From: Ignavibacteriota bacterium
Lineage (GTDB): Bacteria > Bacteroidota > Ignavibacteria > UBA10030
DNA: 64,000 nucleotides
Reading direction: 5' to 3'
NCBI GenBank assembly: GCA_963701295.1
Contig: OY969585.1
Coordinates: 3,328,001 to 3,392,000, forward strand
Below the pieces are notes generated by a model that was not told the DNA's origin, did no database searches, and saw nothing but the letters and a program-made list of their open reading frames with translations. Below are positions 1 through 9,460 of this stretch, piece by piece (the stretch's first letter is position 1; each line of letters opens with the position of its first letter). The position numbers and the translations under genes were made by a program.

Positions 1-464
1 GACTCAGCCATAATCTTGAGGGAGTATTGTTGGATCATTGCATTGATATATCCCAGAACGGTCGCTGCTGCATTGGAGTTAGCGCCATCGACAATGACTT
101 GTACAGACGCAGTTTTCCCTCGTTGAATGTCTTTCGAAAACGAAGAAGGCACAACTAACACAACACGAACTTGTTCTCCATCAAGCAAATCATTGATCTC
201 TGCTTTGCTTGATAACGTTTGAACTTTAACAAAATATTCCGAAGTAAAGAATTGTTGAATAAAATCTCTGCTGGCACTACTTCTGTCTTCGTCATACACT
301 GCCATCCTGGTATTCTTTACATCGAAGTTCAAGGCGTACCCGAACGCAAAGAGCATCAGCGCTGGGAAGAATAATAAAACGCCAAGTATACGCTTGTCGC
401 GTATGATCTGGCGAAATTCTTTCCGCACAATAGGAAGAATATTCAGAGAAAATTTTATTGTCAT
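1..464 (-). CDS. ABC-2 type transporter permease (YbhS/YbhR-like), 3' end runs off the window
   Basis: Manual translation from ATG 464: MTIKFSLNILPIVRKEFRQIIRDKR...FGYALNFDVKNTRMAVYDEDRS; ATGA overlap with the upstream ATPase stop. Confidence 0.88.
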   Translation of the reverse strand, partial: MTIKFSLNILPIVRKEFRQIIRDKRILGVLLFFPALMLFAFGYALNFDVKNTRMAVYDEDRSSASRDFIQQFFTSEYFVKVQTLSSKAEINDLLDGEQVRVVLVVPSSFSKDIQRGKTASVQVIVDGANSNAAATVLGYINAMIQQYSLKIMAE

Positions 465-1468
465 AAATGAATATCTTCTTCCTTCCGTGCATCTTCTTCA
501 GCAATCATGTGAATAAAGACGTCTTCAAGTGAAGGAATGATTTGTCCGATTCTCTCTATCTGAATCTTATTCTTCGCCAGTACCTGATTAATTTTTTTCT
601 GTGTGTCGGGTTCATTGAACGTACTGACATGAAATGCCGATCCAAAAATCGATGTCTCTGCTGTCCATGGTTGTCCTCGCAACAACTCCATCGCATCCAC
701 AGGCTGTGTGCAGTGAACTTCAAAGATAGAATATCGATCAAGGCTATGCTTTAATTCTGTCGGGGAACCGGTAGCGATTAACTTGCCGTTATAGATCAGT
801 CCAATCGTGTTGCAATGTTCCGCTTCATCCATATAATGTGTTGTGACAAACACAGTGACTCCGCGGTGCGATAAATCATAAATCAAATCCCAGAAGTTGC
901 GCCGCGATACCGGATCGACACCTCCTGTCGGTTCGTCAAGAAATAAAATTGGTGGCTCGTGCAGAATAGAGCATCCCAGCGCCAATCGCTGCCTCCATCC
1001 GCCTGAAAGCGCTTGAGCCCGCATTGTCTCTTTACCGGTTAATCCAGCCATCTCAATCGCCCAACGCTTGCGTTCTTCAAAATGCTCGCCGTCAAGGCCG
1101 TAAATGCCGCCATAGAAGTTAATATTTTGCTCAACTGAAAGATCCTCGTACAAAGAAAATCGCTGTGACATGTATCCAATATGTGCTTTTACATCGTCGG
1201 ATTGTTTCGCAATATCAAACCCATCAACACTCGCCATGCCTTCGGTTGGTAAAAGAAGTCCGCAGAGCATTCGAATGGTGGTCGACTTTCCAGCGCCATT
1301 CGGCCCAAGAAAACCAAATACCTCACCTCGTTTCACTTTAAAACTGACGCGATCGACCGCAATAAATTTTCCGAATTTCTTCGTCAAACTGTCAGCAACG
1401 ACTGCATACTCCAGGTCGGATTGTGTACTGTCGAACTGCCTTTCTCTCTTACCAACCCACAACTTCAC
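461..1468 (-). CDS. ABC transporter ATP-binding protein
   Basis: Walker A GPNGAGKST, LSGGWRQR signature, LFLDEPT; start placed at the GTG overlapping the TolC stop (ORF track gives 1516). Confidence 0.92.
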   Translation of the reverse strand: MKLWVGKRERQFDSTQSDLEYAVVADSLTKKFGKFIAVDRVSFKVKRGEVFGFLGPNGAGKSTTIRMLCGLLLPTEGMASVDGFDIAKQSDDVKAHIGYMSQRFSLYEDLSVEQNINFYGGIYGLDGEHFEERKRWAIEMAGLTGKETMRAQALSGGWRQRLALGCSILHEPPILFLDEPTGGVDPVSRRNFWDLIYDLSHRGVTVFVTTHYMDEAEHCNTIGLIYNGKLIATGSPTELKHSLDRYSIFEVHCTQPVDAMELLRGQPWTAETSIFGSAFHVSTFNEPDTQKKINQVLAKNKIQIERIGQIIPSLEDVFIHMIAEEDARKEEDIHL

Positions 1469-2805
1469 TCGTTTTCTCCTATCGCTCTTTTCAATCTTGC
1501 CAATGCAAGAGTACAATCGACTACTGATTGTGTATGCGTGAGCTTTGCTTGCAAAAGTGCAATCTCCGCGTCAAGCATATCCGTGTTAGATGTAATGCCA
1601 TTTCTATATTTTTCCGAAGTCATGCGATACGATTCCTGCGCTTGCTGCATTCCATCATATGCGACATCGACTTTTTCCTTAGCAGTCTGAGCATTGAAAT
1701 ATTGCTGTGCGACATCCAATGTCACTGCATCGTTCAACTGCGACATCCCTGCCTCCGTCTGACGCAAGGTGGCCTGTGCCTGTACGGTTTGATAATGTGT
1801 TGCAAGCCAATCCCAAATATTCCATTGAAACGTCACACCAACATCCCATGTTCCATCCCATTGATCTTTCGGGGGAACGATTCGTTGGTTTGGCCTGGCA
1901 TAATCATAGTTGGCAATAAAAAAAACTTGCGGATACCAGCCTCCTTTTACCGCAGCCACACTTGCGCTATTCATGTCACGGCGTAACTGCATCGATTTCA
2001 ATTCAGGACGATGATCACGAGCACGTTTCTGTAGTTCCTGTAAATCTTCATGAAGAACCTGTACATCCGTTCCTTGGAATATTGCCGGTGTATCACTCGG
2101 CATCACCTGTAAATCCAAAGAATTTCCAAGAATACTATTCAACGCCATCGACGCAAGGCGAATTGCATTCTGTGCTTCTATGTGCTTTACTTTGACATCT
2201 GAACACTGCACTTGCACTTTCATCACGTCGGCATCTGTTGCCAAACCTTGGTTCTCGAGGTTCGTGACATCTTTGAGATGTTCGGACATTTGTTCAATCG
2301 ACTGACGAATAACTTCTTCTACCCTATGTGCACGAAAGAGATTCCAGTAAGCAACTATGACGTCCAGAATCAAATCCGATTGATCCTTCGTGAGATCTTG
2401 ACGGATCGCACCGGCATTCAGTTCAGCCATCTCCCGATTCTTCATAAGCTTGAATCCGGTAAAAAGCGGCTGTTGCAAGGAAAGTCTCATGTCATAGTTT
2501 TCATTGATAGAGGGGAATATCACTGCAGAGTAATTGAAATACAATGAGTGAATATTAATCCCAAATGGATCGACTGCACTTAGTTTTTCCGCACGTCCAG
2601 TTAACTTTAGTTGAGGGAGCAATACTGTCGTCGCCTCTGATGAACGCGCCTCCGCTGCCTGCACCTTCGCCTGACTCATCTGAAGTGATGGATTTTGACC
2701 TAATGCCTGTACGATACAATCAGTCAAACGGAGAGGTTGAACGTTCTGCTGGGCAAACACGTTGCTTGTTATTACGAAGGAAATCATTAGGAATTTTATA
2801 TTCAT
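1465..2805 (-). CDS. TolC-family outer membrane efflux protein
   Basis: Signal peptide, two OEP-like repeats (NPSL...LLPQL; RPEL...WYPQV), C-terminal LARLKRAIG; GAGG RBS before ATG 2805. Confidence 0.9.
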   Translation of the reverse strand: MNIKFLMISFVITSNVFAQQNVQPLRLTDCIVQALGQNPSLQMSQAKVQAAEARSSEATTVLLPQLKLTGRAEKLSAVDPFGINIHSLYFNYSAVIFPSINENYDMRLSLQQPLFTGFKLMKNREMAELNAGAIRQDLTKDQSDLILDVIVAYWNLFRAHRVEEVIRQSIEQMSEHLKDVTNLENQGLATDADVMKVQVQCSDVKVKHIEAQNAIRLASMALNSILGNSLDLQVMPSDTPAIFQGTDVQVLHEDLQELQKRARDHRPELKSMQLRRDMNSASVAAVKGGWYPQVFFIANYDYARPNQRIVPPKDQWDGTWDVGVTFQWNIWDWLATHYQTVQAQATLRQTEAGMSQLNDAVTLDVAQQYFNAQTAKEKVDVAYDGMQQAQESYRMTSEKYRNGITSNTDMLDAEIALLQAKLTHTQSVVDCTLALARLKRAIGENE

Positions 2806-2823
2806 GGTCACCTCATCAAATTG

Positions 2824-3750
2824 TCAAAGATTCATACTCGCGATAAAAACATCTTCCAGCGATGCTGGAATAATCCGATAACTGTGGACTTCGATCTGTT
2901 CTTTTTTTAGCGTTCGTAGAATTTCATTTTCTTTCATCTTTGCGTCTTGAACCAGGATGTGCAGACGGTCACCGAACAATTGGATATCTTTTCGCACGAA
3001 AGATCGCAGCAGTACTTCTGAAGCAGCTCGTACGTTATCGCAAACGAGTTCAATCACTTCAGAATGAAAAGATGATTTAATAACTTCCGGAGTATCGCAA
3101 ATGAGAAGCCTGCCTTGGTTCATCATCGCTACGCGAGTGCTTCGCTCGGCTTCATCAAGATAGGGCGTGCTGAGGACAATAGTAATTCCAGATTTGAGAA
3201 GACTCGATAATATTTTCCAAAAATCCCGGCGGGAGACCGGATCAACTCCTGTCGTCGGCTCATCGAGAAAAATAATATCCGGTGTATGAATGAGCGTACA
3301 GGCAAGTGCAAGTTTTTGTTTCATGCCTCCAGAGAGACGTCCAGCGAGACGATCATGAAACTGTGTGAGCCGTGTAAAAGCAAGCAGTTCTTCTTTTCTA
3401 TTTTTATACTTATGCACTTTATGGATCTCGGCGAAGAAGTCGATGTTCTCATCAATAGTTAAATCTTGATAGAGGCTGAAACGCTGCGAAAGATAGCCAA
3501 TGTGCTTCTTCACATCACTTTTCTGTTTTCGAATGTCATAGCCCAACAGCGAAATACTTCCTTCCGTCGGTGCCAGGATTCCGCACATCATCCGGATTGT
3601 TGTCGTTTTCCCTGCGCCATCAGGTCCAACTAAGCTGAAAATTTCTCCTCGCTCAATAGTGAAAGAGAGATGATCCACAGCGACGAGATGATCTTTCAGC
3701 TTTTCACTAAACACCTTCACAACATTATCGAGAATAATGGCATCAGCCAT
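2824..3750 (-). CDS. ABC transporter ATP-binding protein
   Basis: GPDGAGKTT, LSGGMKQK, IFLDEPTTGVDP. Confidence 0.92.
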   Translation of the reverse strand: MADAIILDNVVKVFSEKLKDHLVAVDHLSFTIERGEIFSLVGPDGAGKTTTIRMMCGILAPTEGSISLLGYDIRKQKSDVKKHIGYLSQRFSLYQDLTIDENIDFFAEIHKVHKYKNRKEELLAFTRLTQFHDRLAGRLSGGMKQKLALACTLIHTPDIIFLDEPTTGVDPVSRRDFWKILSSLLKSGITIVLSTPYLDEAERSTRVAMMNQGRLLICDTPEVIKSSFHSEVIELVCDNVRAASEVLLRSFVRKDIQLFGDRLHILVQDAKMKENEILRTLKKEQIEVHSYRIIPASLEDVFIASMNL

Positions 3751-3761
3751 AACAAACAACC

Positions 3762-4685
3762 TTATCTATTTGCCACATGCAATATCACATCTGCCGGTAC
3801 ACCGGCTTTCAATGTACCATCAGGATTCGGCACTTTCACTTTGACACTAAACACGAGCTTCGTCCGCTCGTCATTGGTTTGAATATTTTTCGGTGTAAAC
3901 TCTGCGATCGATGAAATGAATACAACTTTTCCTTCATACTCTTTTTTCGGAAACGCATCAACAGTCACGAAAGCTTTCTGATTCAGTTGAACTTTCGGAA
4001 GATCAACTTCTGTAACATAAATTGTAATGTCCATCAATGAGAGGTCTGAGATTCGATAGAGCGCTGTACCGATACCAACAAGCTCACCTTGCTCTACAAA
4101 ACGTTTGGTGATGCTCCCGGCAATCGGAGCGACGACATTGCAGTCGCTCACTTTTTTTTGAAGAGAATTGAACAATCCCTTCGTCTGGTCGCGTCGGGCA
4201 CGTGCTGCATCTATTTCTTCCTTCTGCAAGCCGCGTTTGGTTTTTTCCCATATCTGCTGACTAACGGTAAACCGAGTTTTTGCATCATCAAGCTGCTTCT
4301 CCGTAACACTCTTCGCACGGTAGAGTTCTTCCATGCGCCTCAGATCATCATCGGCGTTTTTAAAATTTGCTTCCGCTTGAATAAGATCTTCTTCGCGTGC
4401 TCCTTTGAGAGCAAGCTGAAATTGGGCTTCCGCCATTTCATAACCGCCGCTCGCTTGATCCAATTGATAGCGCCAATCAGTATCATCGATAATCAGGAGC
4501 GTATCGCCCTCGCGGACAAGCTGTCCTTCGTCGGCTATAATGTGCTTGATCTGACCGCCGGATTGAGCGCTCAGAGTGATTTCCGTTGCTTCAATGGTTC
4601 CGGTTGCCGAGATGGTCGGTCCATCGCCGCCACTGCAGCCAAAAAGAAAGGCGGCACAAAAAAGAATTGCTAGAGTTTTGTTCAT
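3762..4685 (-). CDS. HlyD/YbhG-like periplasmic adaptor, lipoprotein
   Basis: Lipobox LFGC, GTIEATE, coiled hairpin, AEFTPKNIQT motif. Confidence 0.9.
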   Translation of the reverse strand: MNKTLAILFCAAFLFGCSGGDGPTISATGTIEATEITLSAQSGGQIKHIIADEGQLVREGDTLLIIDDTDWRYQLDQASGGYEMAEAQFQLALKGAREEDLIQAEANFKNADDDLRRMEELYRAKSVTEKQLDDAKTRFTVSQQIWEKTKRGLQKEEIDAARARRDQTKGLFNSLQKKVSDCNVVAPIAGSITKRFVEQGELVGIGTALYRISDLSLMDITIYVTEVDLPKVQLNQKAFVTVDAFPKKEYEGKVVFISSIAEFTPKNIQTNDERTKLVFSVKVKVPNPDGTLKAGVPADVILHVANR

Positions 4686-5323
4686 ACTTGCCTCGATGAT
4701 TCATTTGTTGAAAGACTAAGATTATTCAATTGAAATCGTTTACGTGCTTCTTGAGTAAATGCGCCTTCATAGAGAATTCTGAAAATGCCTTTGAAAGCTT
4801 CTTCTGCCGAAAATGGCTGTTGAGAAAGTATCTGCGGATTCATAATGCCTTCAATTGTCGTGGTCAATATGAGATAAAAAAGATCCGGATCCAGGTCTTC
4901 ACGAAAGACTCCCTCCTTTTTTGCCTGCTTAAACATTTGTTGCAGCTGGCTCAACACCCGTTCACGGCGGAATAATTCAATCTCTTTCCATAGAGCCGGT
5001 GCAAACCGTTGAACATCTGTCATAAATGGACGTGACAGCTTCCGCATATGCTTCCCGACAAACGCAAGAAGTGTTGTAAGTCTTTCTTCGATCGGTTTAT
5101 CTGAAGAAATAATTCCTTGCACTTCTCCTTCAATTTTCTTCATAAATGTATGAACGATCACCTTCAAGAGAGTTTCTTTGCTTGGAAAGAACTTGTAGAC
5201 AGTTTTTTTACTCATTCGAAGATCCGACGCAATCTCATCCATCGTGACTTTATAGAATCCAGTGTTCATAAATCTGTCGGAAGCCGCATCGATTATTCTT
5301 ATCTCGTCATCATTTTCGGACAT
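4682..5323 (-). CDS. TetR/AcrR family transcriptional regulator
   Basis: N-terminal HTH VTMDEIASDLRMSKKTVYKFFPSKE; first gene of the efflux operon. Confidence 0.92.
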   Translation of the reverse strand: MSENDDEIRIIDAASDRFMNTGFYKVTMDEIASDLRMSKKTVYKFFPSKETLLKVIVHTFMKKIEGEVQGIISSDKPIEERLTTLLAFVGKHMRKLSRPFMTDVQRFAPALWKEIELFRRERVLSQLQQMFKQAKKEGVFREDLDPDLFYLILTTTIEGIMNPQILSQQPFSAEEAFKGIFRILYEGAFTQEARKRFQLNNLSLSTNESSRQV

Positions 5324-5339
5324 AATCTAAATCTCCGAT

Positions 5340-5451
5340 AAAAACTATAATGGTATTATAGGTTTCCTAAAGATAAAACATCGAAACACTATAATAACTG
5401 CAGTCATTTATTCTATTCCATCAGGAAACTATTATCGTTTCTTACGTTTCC
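5340..5451. promoter_or_regulatory. Two putative TetR operators, (G/A)(G/A)AAAC-N16-GTTTCC
   Basis: AAAAAC-N16-GTTTCC at 5340-5367 and GGAAAC-N16-GTTTCC at 5424-5451, both starting AAACTAT(A/T)AT. Confidence 0.6.
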
Positions 5452-5480
5452 AATATAAATAACTGATTCTGATTTGTCAA
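5452..5480 (-). promoter_or_regulatory. Sigma70-type promoter of the tetR efflux operon
   Basis: Minus strand TTGACA-N17-TATATT. Confidence 0.7.
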
Positions 5481-5628
5481 GTAGTTTTTTCGGGGAAATA
5501 AAGATGTTTACCGAAGTAGGAAAACGGCTTTAAAGAACTCTGCATCCCGCTTTTGTGAGACGCATCGGGAGAATTTTATTTACTTAACCCTGTCTTTTTT
5601 AAACTGGCTAGGCAATAGACCAAGTAAA

Positions 5629-6126
5629 TTATAGTTTTCCAAGATCAAGCTCATGTAAAGGAATTCTCATGCCATTGGATTTTCGAATCCTTCTGCCAAC
5701 ATGAGCAAACAATCCTCCAAAGATGCGAACTGCTAGATGATATATGTGCCTCGGGGCAAATCCGGTTTCATTCATTAATCTGAGAAAACAGCTGTCTGCT
5801 TGCTTTCGAGTAAGCGGAACACCAGCGGGAAGAAATTGGTAGAGGGCATCGTGGATAAGTGACGCATGGTATGTTTTAGGTTTCCTTGTACGCGAGTCTA
5901 CGACTCCATCAGGAGTACCAAAAAGCATATCAAATATGCAGATTTTCGGAGAGCAGCCATCCCAAGCATAGCTCTTGTTGACGGTCATCTTTCCATTACG
6001 GAGAAGAATCAATCGTACAATTCCAGTTTTGTCTTTAAACGCAAAGTCATCTGTGAATGTAAACCCCGACTTCCATGAAAAATCTTGTTCGAGTTCGAAG
6101 ACCCATTTCACACTATTCTCACACAT
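5629..6126 (-). CDS. DUF1353-like hypothetical protein (cassette)
   Basis: YAWDGCS...ASLIHDALYQ...RKQADSCFLRLM...AVRIFGG pattern; GGGAG RBS. Confidence 0.65.
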   Translation of the reverse strand: MCENSVKWVFELEQDFSWKSGFTFTDDFAFKDKTGIVRLILLRNGKMTVNKSYAWDGCSPKICIFDMLFGTPDGVVDSRTRKPKTYHASLIHDALYQFLPAGVPLTRKQADSCFLRLMNETGFAPRHIYHLAVRIFGGLFAHVGRRIRKSNGMRIPLHELDLGKL

Positions 6127-6157
6127 TCAACACTCCCGGAAAATGTATTTATCTATT

Positions 6158-6183
6158 GCCGAACGGATGGCGCTTGGTAGCAA
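6158..6183 (-). repeat. Collapsed/degenerate attC-like site
   Basis: Minus strand TTGCTACCAAGCGCCATCCGTTCGGC: R''-like start fused to an R'-like end. Confidence 0.5.
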
Positions 6184-6190
6184 ATATTAT

Positions 6191-7738
6191 TTATTTTTTT
6201 TCGATTGTGCCTTTAATCGTAGTATTCATACCATAAGTAAAAATATTCATGGTTATATTTTGCTCATGAAAACGTAATTCAAAAATTTGTTTTGATGGAT
6301 CGCCGATAATATGATGTTCAATAATAAATGTATCATTATTTTTCCAATATCCTTTGCAGGCTATTTCCTCTCCATCAGGATGAACTCCCATCGAAAAATC
6401 TATTTTGTTTATGATATAATTGCCTTTCAAACCAACCTGCATATTGATCTTTTTATCACCAAGACAATATTTCCACAAACACGCGTCGTTCTTGGCAAAT
6501 GTAAAATTTGTTGATTTGAAACCAATTCTATTTGTTTCAAGAATATAATTGCTGTCGGAAATTTTCAATGCAATTTGCGGCATCGATTTGTTATGTTTTT
6601 CTTTAGGATTTTCTATTTCCAAAATAGTATTACGTAATTTTTGGAAAGCTAATGGATTAGCAGGCAGCAGCAAATCACTTTTTATAGCTGAATAAATATT
6701 CTTCTCCAAAAACGACTTCATAAACTCCCCATAACGATTGATATCATCAAACCCATTAGCGGTAATTACAACCACTATATCCAAGTCTGGCCTAACAATG
6801 ATGTACTGTCCTCCTGCACCCCAAGCCATATAGCCCTTTTCCTGTATCCACCACCAATAACCATAGTTCAAACCCATAGCATAGCTAACATTGTCAGGTA
6901 TCTTCACTTTTTGAGATGTAGATTCTTTTATCCACTCATCTGATACAATTTGCTGTTGATTCCACTTACCTTTATTCAAAAATAAATATCCGAATTTAGC
7001 CATATCTCGCGGGGTTAAAAAAATATCAGATCCACCATGATAATATCCATCAGAGCTTTTTGCCCATTGATAAGATTTAATACCTAAAGGGTCAAAGAGA
7101 TATTTATCAGTAAAATTCTTTGTGCTTTCCCCGCTTACTTTTGTTAGTATGGCAGACATCATATGCGGCAACATAGTGTTATACTCAAATTTTTCTCCTG
7201 GTTTATCCCTCATAGGAATTTTAATCCAGTTTTCCAGATCATAAGGAGATGGCCCGGAATCTTCCATCCAATTGAAGCCAGCCGTCATTGTTAATAGGTT
7301 ATACAAAATAATATCTTGTTTTAGTGGTTCATGAACATATTCAGGAAAGAATTCTGAGACTTTCTGATGCAAATTATTCAGATATTTTTTCTCTAATGCA
7401 ATTCCCACCAACGCTGATATTATGCTCTTCGAGGCTGATTTTACATTGTGGGTTGTGAATTTATTGTAGGGAGCCCAATAAGCTTCAGTAACTATGCAAC
7501 CATTTCTGATAATTAGAATGCTGTGAAAATCTAATGTTGAAGCATGTATTTTTTGGAACATCTCCAATATATTTTTTGAATCCATTCCTTGTTCTTCCGG
7601 TGTCGAAATCCTCCATTTGTCATCCGGATCACATGAACCCTTTATTTTCCCATATAATGAAATTGAGAAACTAAATCCAAAAAAGATTATTAGAAATAGT
7701 ATTGATTGTAATCTGTATTTTACCATAGAAATATCCAT
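6191..7738 (-). CDS. Serine hydrolase, beta-lactamase class C/PBP-like family (cassette)
   Basis: SASK (SxxK), PGEKFEYN, LTPRDMAKFG, YGYWWW, AWGAGGQ; visibly AT-rich. Confidence 0.88.
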   Translation of the reverse strand: MDISMVKYRLQSILFLIIFFGFSFSISLYGKIKGSCDPDDKWRISTPEEQGMDSKNILEMFQKIHASTLDFHSILIIRNGCIVTEAYWAPYNKFTTHNVKSASKSIISALVGIALEKKYLNNLHQKVSEFFPEYVHEPLKQDIILYNLLTMTAGFNWMEDSGPSPYDLENWIKIPMRDKPGEKFEYNTMLPHMMSAILTKVSGESTKNFTDKYLFDPLGIKSYQWAKSSDGYYHGGSDIFLTPRDMAKFGYLFLNKGKWNQQQIVSDEWIKESTSQKVKIPDNVSYAMGLNYGYWWWIQEKGYMAWGAGGQYIIVRPDLDIVVVITANGFDDINRYGEFMKSFLEKNIYSAIKSDLLLPANPLAFQKLRNTILEIENPKEKHNKSMPQIALKISDSNYILETNRIGFKSTNFTFAKNDACLWKYCLGDKKINMQVGLKGNYIINKIDFSMGVHPDGEEIACKGYWKNNDTFIIEHHIIGDPSKQIFELRFHEQNITMNIFTYGMNTTIKGTIEKK

Positions 7739-7771
7739 TAAATTTTAATATGTGTTGAAATCTAATTTTGA

Positions 7772-8266
7772 TCAACGCGTGGTACTTAATCTCTTCAAAT
7801 CCAATTTTTGTAAAATTGATAATGGATACTTATTATTGGTTGTATTGAGAACCATAACTGTTACCATCATATTGTCCAGGATCTTAACTGAAACTTTTAT
7901 GGAATTTGAAATTTCGTCATTCTTTCCCTGTGGCCAAATAATAGCATCGAATTTTAAAATCGAGACTGGTGTGCCTTTTTTTGAAAATACTGCCTTTATA
8001 TAATCCGGTACTCCCTGTCCGTGAATGATTGCTATAACGGCTATAGGCCCCTTGGGGGAGCTGTAATATCTTTGAACACGCGCTTGTACAGTGTCATCCT
8101 TCATGTCAACGTGTTTCTCTTTTTTCACAGTAACTCCTGTTGCAATAAAATCACCAAGTGTGTCTGGCAGGAATGTCGCTAAATGCGCAGCCGATTGGGA
8201 GAAAGTATTTATCGCAAAAATTGGAATCAATATAATTGCTAACCAGAAGGAATGGTGAATCTTCAT
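7772..8266 (-). CDS. Hypothetical exported protein (cassette)
   Basis: Signal peptide ending TFS-Q; AAGGAG RBS just after the GTTAATC cassette junction. Confidence 0.7.
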   Translation of the reverse strand: MKIHHSFWLAIILIPIFAINTFSQSAAHLATFLPDTLGDFIATGVTVKKEKHVDMKDDTVQARVQRYYSSPKGPIAVIAIIHGQGVPDYIKAVFSKKGTPVSILKFDAIIWPQGKNDEISNSIKVSVKILDNMMVTVMVLNTTNNKYPLSILQKLDLKRLSTTR

Positions 8267-8285
8267 TATATTCTCCTTTAAGTGT

Positions 8286-8590
8286 GATTAACAGATGGCA
8301 CATAAGTCCGTGGCGCTTTTTGCGCCACGCGATCGCGATCCGCATCGCGGGATCGGATTGCGCCGCTGAAAATTATCAAATTGTACCAAACGAAACAAGT
8401 TCATGATGAAAACTTTTGAACCTGCGCCTGAGGCGCATGAGCTTCTGGCTTACAATTCCGTACTAAACCTATGCTCGCTTTGAATTTTGCAGTTCAAAAA
8501 ATTTGTATTGCACCTCGTGCAATATCATTCTTATGACTCCGGCTGTGTTCTATTTTTCTGGATAGGCCGAGCTTGAGCGCCTGGTTAGCC
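8286..8590 (-). repeat. Long attC-like site A (305 bp)
   Basis: Minus strand GGCTAAC-CAGGCGCTCAAGC ... CTTATGTGCCATCT-GTTAATC with several internal hairpins. Confidence 0.65.
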
Positions 8591-8605
8591 ACAGTGCCTT
8601 ATTAT

Positions 8606-9205
8606 TTAATATAGTTCTGAGAATGGATCGCATTCGGAATTCTCTTCCCAGTCATATTCTATTTCATTGCTCTGTCGCTTCGCTATTTCGTGTCCGAATA
8701 AATCGGAGATGAAGCCAAGTGTCATATCAATTCCAGCACTGACTCCTGAACTTGAATATATATTCCCATCACGAACCCATCGAGCCTTTTTAATCCAATG
8801 AACATTTGGCGATTCTTTATGTGTCCAAGAAAATACCCGCTTATTTGAAGTCGCCCTTTTTCCGTCCAATAAACCCGTTTTTGAAAACAATATTGAGCCA
8901 GTACAGACGGTCATAACATATTCTGCTTTCTTGGATAATTCGGCTATCTTGTTCACAAAACTACTATTCTTCAATAAATCTCTTATTCCTATTCCTCCGG
9001 GAATCAGCAAAATATACGATTCAGAATGCAACTCAGAAAAAGGACGTGTTTCGACTCTTACTTTCTGAGAACTGATGATAATTCCACCCTCTTTTGAATA
9101 GAATTCCGGATTGAAGTGCTCGGTTAATCGTCCAAGCACTTCAATAGGACCGAATGCATCCAATGTCTCGAAATCAGTAAATAAAATTACAGCTACATCT
9201 CTCAT
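8606..9205 (-). CDS. DJ-1/PfpI family protein (cassette)
   Basis: FETLDAFGP, IPGG, VCTG nucleophile elbow, SSGVSAGIDM. Confidence 0.9.
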   Translation of the reverse strand: MRDVAVILFTDFETLDAFGPIEVLGRLTEHFNPEFYSKEGGIIISSQKVRVETRPFSELHSESYILLIPGGIGIRDLLKNSSFVNKIAELSKKAEYVMTVCTGSILFSKTGLLDGKRATSNKRVFSWTHKESPNVHWIKKARWVRDGNIYSSSGVSAGIDMTLGFISDLFGHEIAKRQSNEIEYDWEENSECDPFSELY

Positions 9206-9229
9206 TTATTATTCTTTTCCTGGCACTGC

Positions 9230-9456
9230 GCTTAACGGACGTGTGCTAATCCCGATTCGGCAGATTTGTTGTCTTCTAAACAAATTGTGGCCGAATCGAG
9301 GGTCCCGCTGCTGCGGGAGCTGCGCCATTGAATATTTTCAATATACACAAAACGAAACAAGTTTATTCTGAAAAGTTTATTATTAAAAATCAAAACTTAT
9401 CCCAGCTATACTTATCGTAACACGCCCATTGCGTCTGCTTGATGCATGGGTTAGGG
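9230..9456 (-). repeat. Long attC-like site B (227 bp)
   Basis: Minus strand CCCTAAC-CCATGCATCAAGC ... TTAGCACACGTCC-GTTAAGC (fits RYYYAAC loosely and GTTRRRY exactly), starting a few nt after the upstream stop. Confidence 0.7.
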
Positions 9457-9460
9457 CGCT

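Noticed and set aside
7745-7770. Possible attC between the 164-aa gene and the serine hydrolase (TTTCAAC on the minus strand)
   Set aside because: No GTT partner or stem in the 33-bp gap, so it cannot be supported.
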